Positions 1 through 9,196 of a stretch of 63,582 nt of DNA are shown piece by piece. The notes beneath the pieces are model-generated. The model was given only the letters and a program-made list of their open reading frames with translations. It was not told where the DNA came from and ran no database searches. Made by a program: the position numbers and the translations under genes. The first letter of the stretch is position 1. The number at the start of each line of letters is the position of its first letter. The DNA is from a virus (taxonomy: Duplodnaviria > Caudoviricetes). The stretch is from positions 1 to 63,582 of IMG/VR virus record IMGVR_UViG_3300036846_000316. One strand, given 5' to 3'.

Positions 1-192
1 GCCATCGACATGGCCCGTCACATGCACCCACCAAAGGAGACGAAACACTAACAGCACTCAGCAAGCGTAAACGTAAACGTAAAACGTTGGAGGAACTAAT
101 GTCTAAAGTGAAAAGAGGAACCAATGGGATTGATCTATATCGGAATGGCCTTGATCGCCATCTTGGGGATGGGGGGCGGGGTGGTCGGCTAT
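1..192. repeat. Terminal direct repeat, left copy (circular overlap)
   Basis: 1-192 is identical to 63385-63582 except for one extra CGTAAA unit in the right copy. Confidence 0.95.
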
Positions 193-306
193 CTCAGTCT
201 GGTGATGCCGATCCCAATTATCGGTTGGCTGGAGCAGTACATGGTTGTGCTGTTGATCCTGTCGATCATTTGCAGCTTGCTGCTCATTAACGCCAGCCCG
301 TACTAA
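124..306 (+). CDS. Small membrane protein
   Basis: 60 aa, two hydrophobic segments, AGAGGA RBS. Confidence 0.6.
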   Translation: MGLIYIGMALIAILGMGGGVVGYLSLVMPIPIIGWLEQYMVVLLILSIICSLLLINASPY

Positions 307-317
307 GGGGAGTTACC

Positions 318-890
318 ATGACGATCTATACTGGGGCACAGGACACCGCGATGGAATTATTCCAGACCGGCGATCCGAAGGCACTGCACAAGTTCCTCAC
401 GCGTTGGCGCGAAGGACTGGAGAAGGTGTCGACCGAATATATCCTCGCGGTCATCGAGTACTACAACTCGCTGACCAACGACAAGGAGATGCCTGACATC
501 AACATCGGGCCGCTGCGGATCAACCGTAGCAGCCAACGCGTGTTCTGGAATGGACACGACGTCGACCTGACGATGACGGAGTTCCGTGTCGTCAAGCTGT
601 TCGCCGACAACATGGGCGAGTGGCTGACCTATCGCAAGGTGTACGACGTCGTGCACTACTCCGGCTTCACCGCAGGCTGGGGTTGCGAAGGCTACCGCAC
701 CAACGTGCGCTCGATCATCAAGCGGCTACGCCGCAAGTTCATGTGCATCGAGCCGACGTGGGACGTGATCGAGAACTACAGCGGCTATGGCTACCGCTGG
801 GCCAAGCCGCCGATGCCGACCATCGTCACGCCCATTGCCGGGGTGACGGTGACGATTGACAGTCCAGCACCGATCATCGCGGCCAAGTAG
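318..890 (+). CDS. OmpR/PhoB-type winged-helix DNA-binding protein (ChvI-like effector domain, no receiver domain)
   Basis: VFWNGHDVDLTMTEF...NVRSIIKRLRRKF...IENYSGYGYRW is the Trans_reg_C signature; GGGAG RBS. Confidence 0.85.
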   Translation: MTIYTGAQDTAMELFQTGDPKALHKFLTRWREGLEKVSTEYILAVIEYYNSLTNDKEMPDINIGPLRINRSSQRVFWNGHDVDLTMTEFRVVKLFADNMGEWLTYRKVYDVVHYSGFTAGWGCEGYRTNVRSIIKRLRRKFMCIEPTWDVIENYSGYGYRWAKPPMPTIVTPIAGVTVTIDSPAPIIAAK

Positions 891-917
891 GAACAACCAT
901 GTTCACAGGAGCAACCT

Positions 918-1202
918 ATGTGCGACATAGACGATACCGACAACACGATGTTCGCCCTGACGTGGCACGGGCGCGGGGGCCCCCTGTACTGGTCCACGCA
1001 CAAGGGATGGACGCCTGACGTAGACAAGGCGTGGGTGCTGTCGGCCGTGCTGGTCGACAGTATCGAGGCAGACGACAAGCTGATGAGTATGTTGCCGCAA
1101 CACAAGGAGCGGCGAGACGGGGCGAACTGGGAACCCATCTATCTTCGGTTAGCGCATCACGCCCCGGGCGTGACCGATGATGACTTCATGGAGAATAGAT
1201 AA
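918..1202 (+). CDS. Hypothetical protein
   Basis: AGGAG RBS; stop overlaps next start; carries a palindrome copy (HAPGVT). Confidence 0.6.
   Translation: MCDIDDTDNTMFALTWHGRGGPLYWSTHKGWTPDVDKAWVLSAVLVDSIEADDKLMSMLPQHKERRDGANWEPIYLRLAHHAPGVTDDDFMENR
1157..1173. repeat. 17-bp palindrome TCACGCCCCGGGCGTGA (copy 1)
   Basis: Exact match; near the 3' end of ORF 918-1202, upstream of the next RBS. Confidence 0.95.
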
Positions 1203-1648
1203 TGGCAAAAGGTATGTACGATCTTCCGGTAAGCGACGCCAAGCGAGACTTGGTGGTGCATCTCACAGACGCCGACGTGAAGGGAAGCAAGCGTGCCGAC
1301 CAAGACTACTGCGCGGTCGCGAACGCTCTCTGTCGGCAAGAGCACTTCAAGACCGCAAGGGTGCACAAGGGCGTGACCTACGTCATGAAGACGGACGGCA
1401 CGGTCGACCGCTACATCACACCGCGAGACCTGTACATCGAACTGATGATCTTCGACCGTGGGGGGAAGATGGAAGCGAGGGACTACAAGCTGCAAGCACC
1501 GCGAGGGAGCAAGCGGCTTGGCCATCACGAGAAGCCCAAGGGCAAGAAGGGCAAGACAGGCAAGCCCTCGAAGATCGTCCATCTCGTCAAGTCAGTCCGC
1601 GAGGATGCGCCGAAGGGCATCAAGTCGCTGCAGTCGTTGTTCGAGTGA
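1202..1648 (+). CDS. Hypothetical basic protein
   Basis: 148 aa, GGAG RBS, phage-like codon usage. Confidence 0.7.
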   Translation: MAKGMYDLPVSDAKRDLVVHLTDADVKGSKRADQDYCAVANALCRQEHFKTARVHKGVTYVMKTDGTVDRYITPRDLYIELMIFDRGGKMEARDYKLQAPRGSKRLGHHEKPKGKKGKTGKPSKIVHLVKSVREDAPKGIKSLQSLFE

Positions 1649-2205
1649 CGGCGGATCGGCGAGCGGACCATGTGTGGAACTACACGGGTCCGCTGGCCGA
1701 GGCGGAGAAGAACCCGGAGTTGGTTGACACGATCATTGTCAACTATCTCCGGGCTGGCGGTGTGCCAGATGCCGAAGCTCTCGCCATGGTCGAAGCTGAA
1801 CGAAAGAAGGTCAATGAAAGGGTGGCTGCATATGGAAAGGTCACGCGTACGAAAGGAACACAAGCTGTGCATGGTCTGCAACAAGAGGTACTTCACGGGG
1901 GCGATGCTCATCTTCGTGGGAAAGGCCCCCGCCGAAGAAAAGGCATGGGGGCTATGCCCCGCCCACCGGAAGCTAAGAGAGCGCAATCTGATCGCACTCG
2001 TCGAAGTCGATCCGACCAAGTCGATGCCGACCAGCTTCGACACGATGCTGCCGGACCAAGCCCAACGAACGGGACTGGTGATCTACCTGTCCCGTTCGAT
2101 CTTCAACCTGATCTTCCAAGGCGAGCCACCCGACAGCGGCGTGGCCTTCGTGCCGCCGGAAGTGGTAGCAATCCTGCAGAAGATTAAGCAAGGCGGCACT
2201 CAGCA

Positions 2206-2234
2206 TTGACATCGCCGTTCGTGGGGGGCAAACT
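2206..2234 (+). promoter_or_regulatory. Putative sigma70 promoter
   Basis: TTGACA-17 nt-CAAACT upstream of the AGGAG RBS of ORF 2253. Confidence 0.4.
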
Positions 2235-2252
2235 TCAACTAGGAGTATAGTC

Positions 2253-2498
2253 GTGCCACTAACAACTCACGTAGAGTTCGAGGCATCGTTCGTCGGCCGA
2301 CCGGGTGACGCCCGGGACAAGGCCGCCGAGAGCATCGTGCACATGTACGACGGCTCGATACTGGGAGCGGGAACGTTCCTGCCAGAAAGCATACGCGACC
2401 TCCAGATCAGGGTGCCGCGTATCCACGAACGCCATCTCAAGGACGCCCTGCGCAAGGCCGGGCTGAAAGTCGAGGACGCGTTCACGCCCCGGGCGTGA
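2253..2498 (+). CDS. Hypothetical protein
   Basis: AGGAG RBS, GTG start; its stop codon is the TGA of palindrome copy 2. Confidence 0.6.
   Translation: MPLTTHVEFEASFVGRPGDARDKAAESIVHMYDGSILGAGTFLPESIRDLQIRVPRIHERHLKDALRKAGLKVEDAFTPRA
2482..2498. repeat. 17-bp palindrome (copy 2)
   Basis: Exact; supplies the stop codon and is followed by CAGGAGG RBS. Confidence 0.95.
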
Positions 2499-2509
2499 CA
2501 GGAGGCGTA

Positions 2510-2929
2510 ATGACCACGCTCATGGAGGTAGTAAGACCGATGCTGTTACCAGACCCGTACGACGCCGACTGGGACTTGTGCCTAGCCGCGTATCGCTTCA
2601 ACCGAACAGTCTGCATGAACAGGCTGTACAACGTCGCCCGCCAGTTGACCAAGCTGGAGGATCGCGTCGCCGAGATCGAGGATCGCGGCGGCCCAACACC
2701 GGACGAGGACCGCGAGGTCACTGACCGGCTCAGGGTGCAGAACATCCTGCAGAATATCGACCGGCAGGCCCTCGTTGGCCTGCGGTTCTATCTCGACCTC
2801 GCCCGAGTGGTCCACAAGAAGGCCGACCGGGGGTCGTACGAACTGATCTACCGCAATGCGCGCGACCACGGCATCCCACCCTACCTCACGCGCAAGATGC
2901 TGGACGAGACCATCAGCAGGAACAACTGA
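2510..2929 (+). CDS. Hypothetical protein
   Basis: AGGAGG RBS before ATG 2510; coiled-coil-like segment. Confidence 0.65.
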   Translation: MTTLMEVVRPMLLPDPYDADWDLCLAAYRFNRTVCMNRLYNVARQLTKLEDRVAEIEDRGGPTPDEDREVTDRLRVQNILQNIDRQALVGLRFYLDLARVVHKKADRGSYELIYRNARDHGIPPYLTRKMLDETISRNN

Positions 2930-3183
2930 TGGGCCGATCCAAACGCGACACGGTCGTCATCGTTCGCGATGTGGCCAAGGCGATGGGGGCAACTGTGCTG
3001 GAAGTGAAGAAGTCGTTACGGCATCCGGGCATTCGTCTCCGCACCGCTGAAGGTGTCGAGTTTTGGATGCGAGTAAGCCAAGGCAAGGTCGAGCCCTACA
3101 AACAACGGGGCTGGGTCCGCCAAGCTATCCGACGTGCCAACAAGCGAAAGGCTAACGACAATGGAGTTGAGCCGAATTATTGA
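2929..3183 (+). CDS. Hypothetical basic protein
   Basis: TGATG coupling with the upstream gene. Confidence 0.55.
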   Translation: MGRSKRDTVVIVRDVAKAMGATVLEVKKSLRHPGIRLRTAEGVEFWMRVSQGKVEPYKQRGWVRQAIRRANKRKANDNGVEPNY

Positions 3184-4285
3184 GTTGCTTCCGCACTACA
3201 TCACGGCGGGCGTCTGCATCGAGATACGCGGACGCTCCGGCATCGGCAAGACGGACATGGTTCGCCAGTTCGTCTTCGACCAGAACCGACGCTCCGGCAA
3301 AAGCTGGGGCATCGGTGCACACTTCGCGGCAACGTGGACGCCGCCCGACGTGACGGGGTACCTGATGCCCCGCACGGTCAAGGTCACCATGCCGGACGGC
3401 ACCGTGCAGGAGCAGACCATCTCCGAGTGGTCGGCTCCGGTATGGCTGCGTGCCGACCCCGGCCAGCAGTCGACGTGGCTCAACGACTACGACGTCCCGG
3501 TGCTGGTGTTCGAGGAGTTCGACAAGGCGAACCCCGAGGTCAAGAAGGCAGCAGCACCAGTCATCCTGTATGGGGGGATTGGCAACTGGTACCTCAAGCG
3601 CGGAGCCGCTCGCATCCTGCTGACCAACCACGCCGACGATGGACGGCAGGGCTCGACCAAGGAGTTCGACTTCATCATCAACAGGAAGGTGCTGTTGAAC
3701 GCGACCCAGACCGTTGCTGCGTGGATGGACTGGGCCGACAAGAACGACGTCCACCCGATGTTCAAGGCGTTCGCCGAGCAGCATCCGGCGGTCGTGTTCG
3801 GAGGCGACCTGCCGGAGAAGCAGGGCCCGTACTGCACGGCACGCTCGCTGGTGATGCTGGAGAGCGTGGCCAAGCAAGGGATGATGACGCTGGATGGCGC
3901 GCTCACCCATCCCGAGGACTTCAACGAGACGGCGGCTGGTGCGATTGGTGCGCCTGCCGCGCGTGACCTTGTGACGTTCCTCAAATTCAAGGACGACATC
4001 CCCGACTGGGCGGACATCGTGCGCAGCCCAAGCCGGGCCAAGGTGTCCAGCAATGCCGGGGCACAATTGATGGCGGCGCACTTCGCCGCCTACAACGTCG
4101 ACGACAAGACCATCGAGCAGGGCGTGACCTACGTCAAACGCCTGCGCCCCGAGTTCCACATCACGTTCGCCAAGGCTGCGGCCCGCCGCAACTTCCGGCT
4201 GGTCAACAGCAAGCCGTTCGCGAAGTGGACCAACGATCAACCTGAACTGGTCGCCCTGATCAACGCATTGGGAGGAGCCCGCTGA
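3161..4285 (+). CDS. MoxR-like AAA+ ATPase
   Basis: Walker A GRSGIGKT, Walker B LVFEEFD; DUF2201/vWA partner gene downstream. Confidence 0.85.
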   Translation: MELSRIIELLPHYITAGVCIEIRGRSGIGKTDMVRQFVFDQNRRSGKSWGIGAHFAATWTPPDVTGYLMPRTVKVTMPDGTVQEQTISEWSAPVWLRADPGQQSTWLNDYDVPVLVFEEFDKANPEVKKAAAPVILYGGIGNWYLKRGAARILLTNHADDGRQGSTKEFDFIINRKVLLNATQTVAAWMDWADKNDVHPMFKAFAEQHPAVVFGGDLPEKQGPYCTARSLVMLESVAKQGMMTLDGALTHPEDFNETAAGAIGAPAARDLVTFLKFKDDIPDWADIVRSPSRAKVSSNAGAQLMAAHFAAYNVDDKTIEQGVTYVKRLRPEFHITFAKAAARRNFRLVNSKPFAKWTNDQPELVALINALGGAR

Positions 4286-4485
4286 TGGGTAACAACGGCA
4301 AGAAGGTAGACCACACGATGAAGGCCACCATCGAGCAGATGGATAACGGGGCCTACATGATCATCCGCAAGCACTCGTCGGCAACGACGCAAGGCGTCAT
4401 CATGCTGAAGAAAGTCTACATGGACTTCGACAGCCTTTCCAAGGACCTCAAGGATCACATGCACTTCAACTTCGACAAGAAGTGA
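4285..4485 (+). CDS. Hypothetical protein
   Basis: Coupled start, GGAGG RBS; palindrome copy 3 follows the stop. Confidence 0.55.
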   Translation: MGNNGKKVDHTMKATIEQMDNGAYMIIRKHSSATTQGVIMLKKVYMDFDSLSKDLKDHMHFNFDKK

Positions 4486-4487
4486 TG

Positions 4488-4504
4488 TCACGCCCCGGGC
4501 GTGA
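4488..4504. repeat. 17-bp palindrome (copy 3)
   Basis: Exact; 2 bp after a stop codon. Confidence 0.95.
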
Positions 4505-4513
4505 TCTACTGCT

Positions 4514-4539
4514 GGCTAGGAGGCAGTCGCCTCCTAGCC
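4514..4539. terminator. GC-rich hairpin without U-tract
   Basis: GGCTAGGAGGC-agtc-GCCTCCTAGCC, 11-bp stem. Confidence 0.45.
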
Positions 4540-4574
4540 TGCATAGGGAGCCAACGTCAAGTGGAGGAGAACAA

Positions 4575-4772
4575 ATGAGCAAGACCAAGTTCGTCGGGAT
4601 GCGGTTCGTCGTCGTCCCCGGCATGAAGCCACTGATCATGGTCGAGGAGGATACCAGCGACGGTCTCCTGCAGATCAGCGTCAACGAGACCTTCAGCAGG
4701 CTACCGCCCATGGTGGCAGCCGATGCGCTGGACAAGGAACTGACGAAGCTACTCGACAAGAAGGAGGACTGA
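4575..4772 (+). CDS. Hypothetical protein
   Basis: GGAGGAG RBS before MSKTKF. Confidence 0.6.
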   Translation: MSKTKFVGMRFVVVPGMKPLIMVEEDTSDGLLQISVNETFSRLPPMVAADALDKELTKLLDKKED

Positions 4773-4774
4773 GC

Positions 4775-5011
4775 ATGGCGATGATCAACCTGAGCATCAA
4801 CCTGATCTACGACGTCAAGGACGGCGTCGACATGGACACGGCGGTCTCTGCCGTGACGGGCGCGACGTCGGCATTGATGTCGATTGCTGGCATCAAGGAC
4901 GGCAGGCCGGACGGCAGCGAGACGGTGCCGCTGTTCTGGCCAAAGGCAATCCGCCAAGCGGTCGACCTGACCGAGGTCAAGCAACTGATGGTGATCAGCG
5001 ATGGCGACTAA
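4775..5011 (+). CDS. Hypothetical protein
   Basis: AGGAGG RBS, packed in operon. Confidence 0.55.
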   Translation: MAMINLSINLIYDVKDGVDMDTAVSAVTGATSALMSIAGIKDGRPDGSETVPLFWPKAIRQAVDLTEVKQLMVISDGD

Positions 5012-5210
5012 GCGGTTCCACATCGAACTGGAGATCGTCGGCATCGACAGCAACGACCGCATGCAGGCCATCGTCGAGGCGGTGCAAGAGGCGGGACGGC
5101 AGCTTCACGCTGCCGCTACACTGATCTGCGGCGACGCCTCGCCGCCCAAGATCATGCTGTACGGGGAGGACTTCAGTGAAGGCAAGACGGATATCAAGCT
5201 GGGAGCGTAG
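5001..5210 (+). CDS. Hypothetical protein
   Basis: Overlapping operon packing. Confidence 0.55.
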   Translation: MATKRFHIELEIVGIDSNDRMQAIVEAVQEAGRQLHAAATLICGDASPPKIMLYGEDFSEGKTDIKLGA

Positions 5211-5214
5211 GCCC

Positions 5215-5484
5215 ATGAACGACAACAAGGCTCTGGTGTTCACACCCGAGCAGGTACAGGCCCTGTGGATGTACCAGTTCGGCCCATGGCGCGATCCATG
5301 GGCTCCCGAGAAGGACCCCGAACGGCCCTTCCCGATGCACCCGTTCACCTGCCCCAATCGGGGCTTGCATCCCGAAATGGCAGGCGACAAGGGCATCCTC
5401 GTGCCGACGGTGCGGGGATGGGTATGCCCGTTCTGCGACTATACCCAAAGCTGGGCTCATGACTTCATGCTGGGGACACGCTAA
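5215..5484 (+). CDS. Small putative Zn-binding protein
   Basis: HPFTCPN...WVCPFCDYTQSWAH. Confidence 0.6.
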   Translation: MNDNKALVFTPEQVQALWMYQFGPWRDPWAPEKDPERPFPMHPFTCPNRGLHPEMAGDKGILVPTVRGWVCPFCDYTQSWAHDFMLGTR

Positions 5485-5894
5485 TGACAGCGACACTGAG
5501 GAAGGTAAGCTCGAAGCAAGTCATCGCCATTCATACGTTGATGGCGCAACACTGCAAGACCGTGGACGGCTATGCCGTCTACGAGGAGGGATGGGACGAC
5601 GCCCGCATCCTCCGCGAGATCAGTGCCAGCAACCCCGAACCGGACCGGGCGATCAGCAACACGTCGGTCAGTCGCTTGCGGGTCGAAAACTTCGGCCGGT
5701 TCAAGAAACAGTTGGACGATGTAGGCACTGCAGCGATAATGGCGCGCATTGATCAAGTGGAAGCGGATTACCGGGACCTGCTCGACTGGACCTTGCGCGT
5801 CGCCAAGTTCCTGCAGGAGAAGTTCCCTGCGCAACGCGAACGCTACACCCCGCCGATTGGCCGACCACAATCGGCACCCCGCATGGAGGACTAG
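5484..5894 (+). CDS. Hypothetical protein
   Basis: TAATG coupling, 136 aa. Confidence 0.65.
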   Translation: MTATLRKVSSKQVIAIHTLMAQHCKTVDGYAVYEEGWDDARILREISASNPEPDRAISNTSVSRLRVENFGRFKKQLDDVGTAAIMARIDQVEADYRDLLDWTLRVAKFLQEKFPAQRERYTPPIGRPQSAPRMED

Positions 5895-6083
5895 ATGCTG
5901 ACACTAGGCGAACGCACCATGCTGCGGGCGAAGATACGCGAGGTCCAAGAGACCGTCGAAGACCTGCGCGCCTGCCTGCGCAGCGGGGATCACATCACCA
6001 TGGAAGAGGCAACGCGCCGCAGCATCGCTGCGCGCAACGCCATCGCTGAACTGAAGCGGTACATGGAGGACGACCTGTCATGA
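5895..6083 (+). CDS. Hypothetical coiled-coil protein
   Basis: GGAGG RBS, directly after the previous stop. Confidence 0.55.
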   Translation: MLTLGERTMLRAKIREVQETVEDLRACLRSGDHITMEEATRRSIAARNAIAELKRYMEDDLS

Positions 6084-6219
6084 ACCTCTACGCGCTGCTC
6101 ATAGTCCCGTTCGTAGGCTTGTGGATTTGCGCGATCCTGCGATGGCCGCGAGCAACACTTCTCGCGTTCGCGCTCGCCTTCATGGCGGGCTGGGCAATCT
6201 TCAAGATGACGAGGATACA

Positions 6220-7512
6220 ATGACAACCCAAGGCAGAGGCATGCTCAAGCGGATCAAGCTCGATCCATCGCAGCGCCGCTACTGGCAGGATACGTTGGCG
6301 GCACTCAGTTGGATCGCGCCGGGCTTCGTGCATGTGATCTATACCATGCTGAACAACACGGGCGACGACGACGTCGCGCTGTTCACCGAGGACGGCATCA
6401 TGGCCAACCACACGGGGGCGACCGATGGCTGGCAATTGATCTTCAATCCCACACGGTTCTTCAAGTATGACCTGATGGAGCGCTGCTTCATCGTCCTGCA
6501 TGAGGTCATGCATGAAGCGCTCAACCACGTCCGCATGGGCTACCACTTCAAGCAACGCGGCGTGATCACAGTCGGCGGCAAGTCGCTGCCGTACAGCCAC
6601 GACTTCGCCAACATGATGCAGGACTACGTGATCAACGCCATCCTCGTCGCATCGAAGCTGGGCAAGTTCAACAAGGACTGGCTGCTCAACACCGGCATCG
6701 CCGACGAGAACTCGACGTGGATCGAGACCTACTTCAAGCAATGGGTGAACGTGAAGGTCCTGACGGTTAACGTGAACCTGAACGGCGGCGTCTACTGGGG
6801 ACAGATCGGCGTCCATCTCGATCCGCACCAGACCAGCGGCAAGGAGGAAGTCCCGGCGCGCAACGATCAGGCGTGGGAGATCGTCATGAACCAAGCGGCC
6901 GAGATACAGCGGGCGCAGGGCAAGATGCCTGCGGCGCTGCAGCGGTTCTTTGACAGCATCCTCAAGCCCAAGGTCGACTGGACCGACCATGTGCGCGGGC
7001 ACATCACCCGCATCATGGGCTCCGGCGCGTACGACTTCCGCAGGCTCGACCGGCGGCTGGTCACACGCGGCGTCGGCGCACCGGGCATGAGCGGTCACGG
7101 GGCCGGGCTGGTGGTGATCGGCGGCGACACGAGCATGAGCGTGTTCGCGTCGGCCGACCGGGTGCACCGCTGGATCGGCGAGATCGCCGGGATGATCGAG
7201 GACGTGCAGCCCGAGGAGACGCACGTCGTATGGTGCGATACCGTGGTCAAGCGGGTCGACATCTGCACCGACGTGACCGACGTCCGGCACATGATCTATC
7301 GCGGCATCCCCGGCGGCGGCGGCACGATCTTCATGCCGGTCTTCAAGTACATCGAAGACAACGACCTGCGTCCTGATGTACTCCTCTACTTGACAGATGG
7401 TGACGGCACGTTCCCAAAGCACGAGCCCGACTATCCAGTGATCTGGGGAGACATCAGTGGCGAAGCGCAAAAATACCCGTTCGGTTCAGTCGTTCATATC
7501 CCGGGAGATTAA
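6220..7512 (+). CDS. DUF2201-type metallopeptidase plus vWA domain protein
   Basis: HEVMH zincin motif; DTSMS MIDAS-like motif, GGGGTIF and LYLTDG vWA motifs. Confidence 0.88.
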   Translation: MTTQGRGMLKRIKLDPSQRRYWQDTLAALSWIAPGFVHVIYTMLNNTGDDDVALFTEDGIMANHTGATDGWQLIFNPTRFFKYDLMERCFIVLHEVMHEALNHVRMGYHFKQRGVITVGGKSLPYSHDFANMMQDYVINAILVASKLGKFNKDWLLNTGIADENSTWIETYFKQWVNVKVLTVNVNLNGGVYWGQIGVHLDPHQTSGKEEVPARNDQAWEIVMNQAAEIQRAQGKMPAALQRFFDSILKPKVDWTDHVRGHITRIMGSGAYDFRRLDRRLVTRGVGAPGMSGHGAGLVVIGGDTSMSVFASADRVHRWIGEIAGMIEDVQPEETHVVWCDTVVKRVDICTDVTDVRHMIYRGIPGGGGTIFMPVFKYIEDNDLRPDVLLYLTDGDGTFPKHEPDYPVIWGDISGEAQKYPFGSVVHIPGD

Positions 7513-7782
7513 CCGGGAGATCGTCAAGGCTCCGGTCGTGGTGACCCGCGCGAACGCTGCGTTCGCGCGGCTCTGCCATCCCACGCGGTACGGCGTCTAT
7601 TACAACAAGGACGACGCGGTCAACCCATGGGTCGAGCACGGCTACACGCGCTGGACGATCATGGAATGGGAAGGCTTGTTCGGCGCAGCGTTCGATCAGG
7701 CGGGCTCAGACCCGACGCACGATCCCGAGCGCAAGTGGGAGTTCTTCGGCTACACGATCCCGCTCTACAACGATCCCAAGAC

Positions 7783-7811
7783 TTGACATACTAGCAGGGA
7801 TACGGTAAATA
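7783..7811 (+). promoter_or_regulatory. Putative sigma70 promoter for the HTH gene and replication block
   Basis: TTGACA then 16-17 nt then GTAAAT/TAAATA, followed by GGAGG RBS. Confidence 0.5.
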
Positions 7812-7833
7812 GAAAGTCAGCGTGGAGGCACGC

Positions 7834-8136
7834 ATGGCGAGGAAACATTTGACTATCCCCGAGTGTCGAGGCGCGTTGCGCGTAATTGCCAGAGACTTGC
7901 GTAACCTTGGTAACCCGATTACAGCTAGGCGTATAGAAGGGGTGATACTGCAAATGGTACGACGACCCGCCGTCCGCACCACACCTATCAAGCACCGACC
8001 GCTGACGCCACGCCTCAGGGCGGCGATCCGCAATTACGCGAAGCTGCAGCCCGACGCTTCGCAAGTCCAGATCGGCCGGAAGTTCGGCGTGAACCCCGGT
8101 CGTGTGTCCGAGGCTCTTGCAGGCAAACGTAGATGA
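7834..8136 (+). CDS. Small basic protein with C-terminal helix-turn-helix
   Basis: SQVQIGRKFGVNPGRVSEAL fits the HTH pattern; very Arg-rich. Confidence 0.7.
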   Translation: MARKHLTIPECRGALRVIARDLRNLGNPITARRIEGVILQMVRRPAVRTTPIKHRPLTPRLRAAIRNYAKLQPDASQVQIGRKFGVNPGRVSEALAGKRR

Positions 8137-8153
8137 TCACGCCCCGGGCGTGA
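8137..8153. repeat. 17-bp palindrome (copy 4)
   Basis: Exact; abuts the HTH gene stop, followed by CAGGAGG RBS. Confidence 0.95.
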
Positions 8154-8165
8154 CAGGAGGAAACA

Positions 8166-8414
8166 ATGCCTATCTCCGCCAAGCCAACGCATCCTACCCC
8201 GCTCTCGCCCGCCGAGGCTGCTGTCCCGCGCAACACGGGCGGCAAGGGCTGGCAAGCCGGAGGCCGCTTCGTCTGGGTCTCGCACTTCGGCAGCAAGCGC
8301 ACCAACACCGGCAGCCGCGAGGGCGGCAAGGGGCGCGGCAACCTGATGGGCAAGGCCGCGCCACCCGCCAAGTCGACCATCGTTCCCCACTGGGCGCGCA
8401 AGTATCAGGAGTAG
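8166..8414 (+). CDS. Hypothetical basic protein
   Basis: AGGAGG RBS. Confidence 0.55.
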   Translation: MPISAKPTHPTPLSPAEAAVPRNTGGKGWQAGGRFVWVSHFGSKRTNTGSREGGKGRGNLMGKAAPPAKSTIVPHWARKYQE

Positions 8415-8416
8415 CC

Positions 8417-9148
8417 ATGACCAAACGGAAGATACATCCACCCTTGAAGAACAAGATGTTGCTGGCGATCATGAACGCCATCGACCGCATGGAGACCAAG
8501 CAAGTGGCGCTGGCGAAGCAACCCTTCTCGATGCAGGACCTGCTGACCCTGTTCATCGACCCAGCGATGCACGAGCCACTGACCTACGCGTATCGGGTGT
8601 GCGAACCCAGCGGGCATACGCAGGACCTGTTCGTCTTCCGCCCGCTCGGGCCGGAGCACAACGCAGGCTCGGCGTACGTCCGCTTCTACTGGCATGGCAC
8701 CATCGAGAACGGCTTCTATGTCCCGTTCGACAAAGGGGCGCAGAAGCGCTACCCGGCAACGATCCGCGATGAAGCGCCCGCCGAACTGGTCGAGCGCTTC
8801 CACCAGTCCGCTGGCGATCTCGTCGACATCCACTACAGCTTCTCGCTGGTGCGGCGCGCGCTGCACGGGCTGAACGTTCCCGGGGTCTGTCCGTCGATAG
8901 CCTCGCTTCGCTACCACTGGCCATGTATCGTGCCGCTGTTGAACGCGGCACGGTATTCACCCATGGCCGAGGAACTGATCCATCACAACGTCAAGGAAGG
9001 CGACCGGGCGCGGCTATCGCCGACGCTGCGACGGCTGCTCGGGCCGTCCAACCAGACGGTGGCTCGGCACCAACTGATCGACGAACTGGAGCCACCGACC
9101 CAGCCGCCGGTCGCCTACGAACTGCAACACGACTTCAAGCAATCCTGA
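8417..9148 (+). CDS. Hypothetical protein
   Basis: AGGAG RBS before MTKRK; 243 aa. Confidence 0.7.
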   Translation: MTKRKIHPPLKNKMLLAIMNAIDRMETKQVALAKQPFSMQDLLTLFIDPAMHEPLTYAYRVCEPSGHTQDLFVFRPLGPEHNAGSAYVRFYWHGTIENGFYVPFDKGAQKRYPATIRDEAPAELVERFHQSAGDLVDIHYSFSLVRRALHGLNVPGVCPSIASLRYHWPCIVPLLNAARYSPMAEELIHHNVKEGDRARLSPTLRRLLGPSNQTVARHQLIDELEPPTQPPVAYELQHDFKQS

Positions 9149-9196
9149 GGTTGGCGCATGGTCTCCGTCACTGCATATCTTTCCGGTGCGGAGACC

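Noticed and set aside
1-192. Terminal repeat as a physical direct terminal repeat
   Set aside because: It begins inside a gene (63151-63435), which fits assembly circularisation better; read data are needed.
1670-2209. Single 179-aa CDS
   Set aside because: Start is ambiguous; the region probably holds two overlapping shorter genes in different frames, so it was not annotated.
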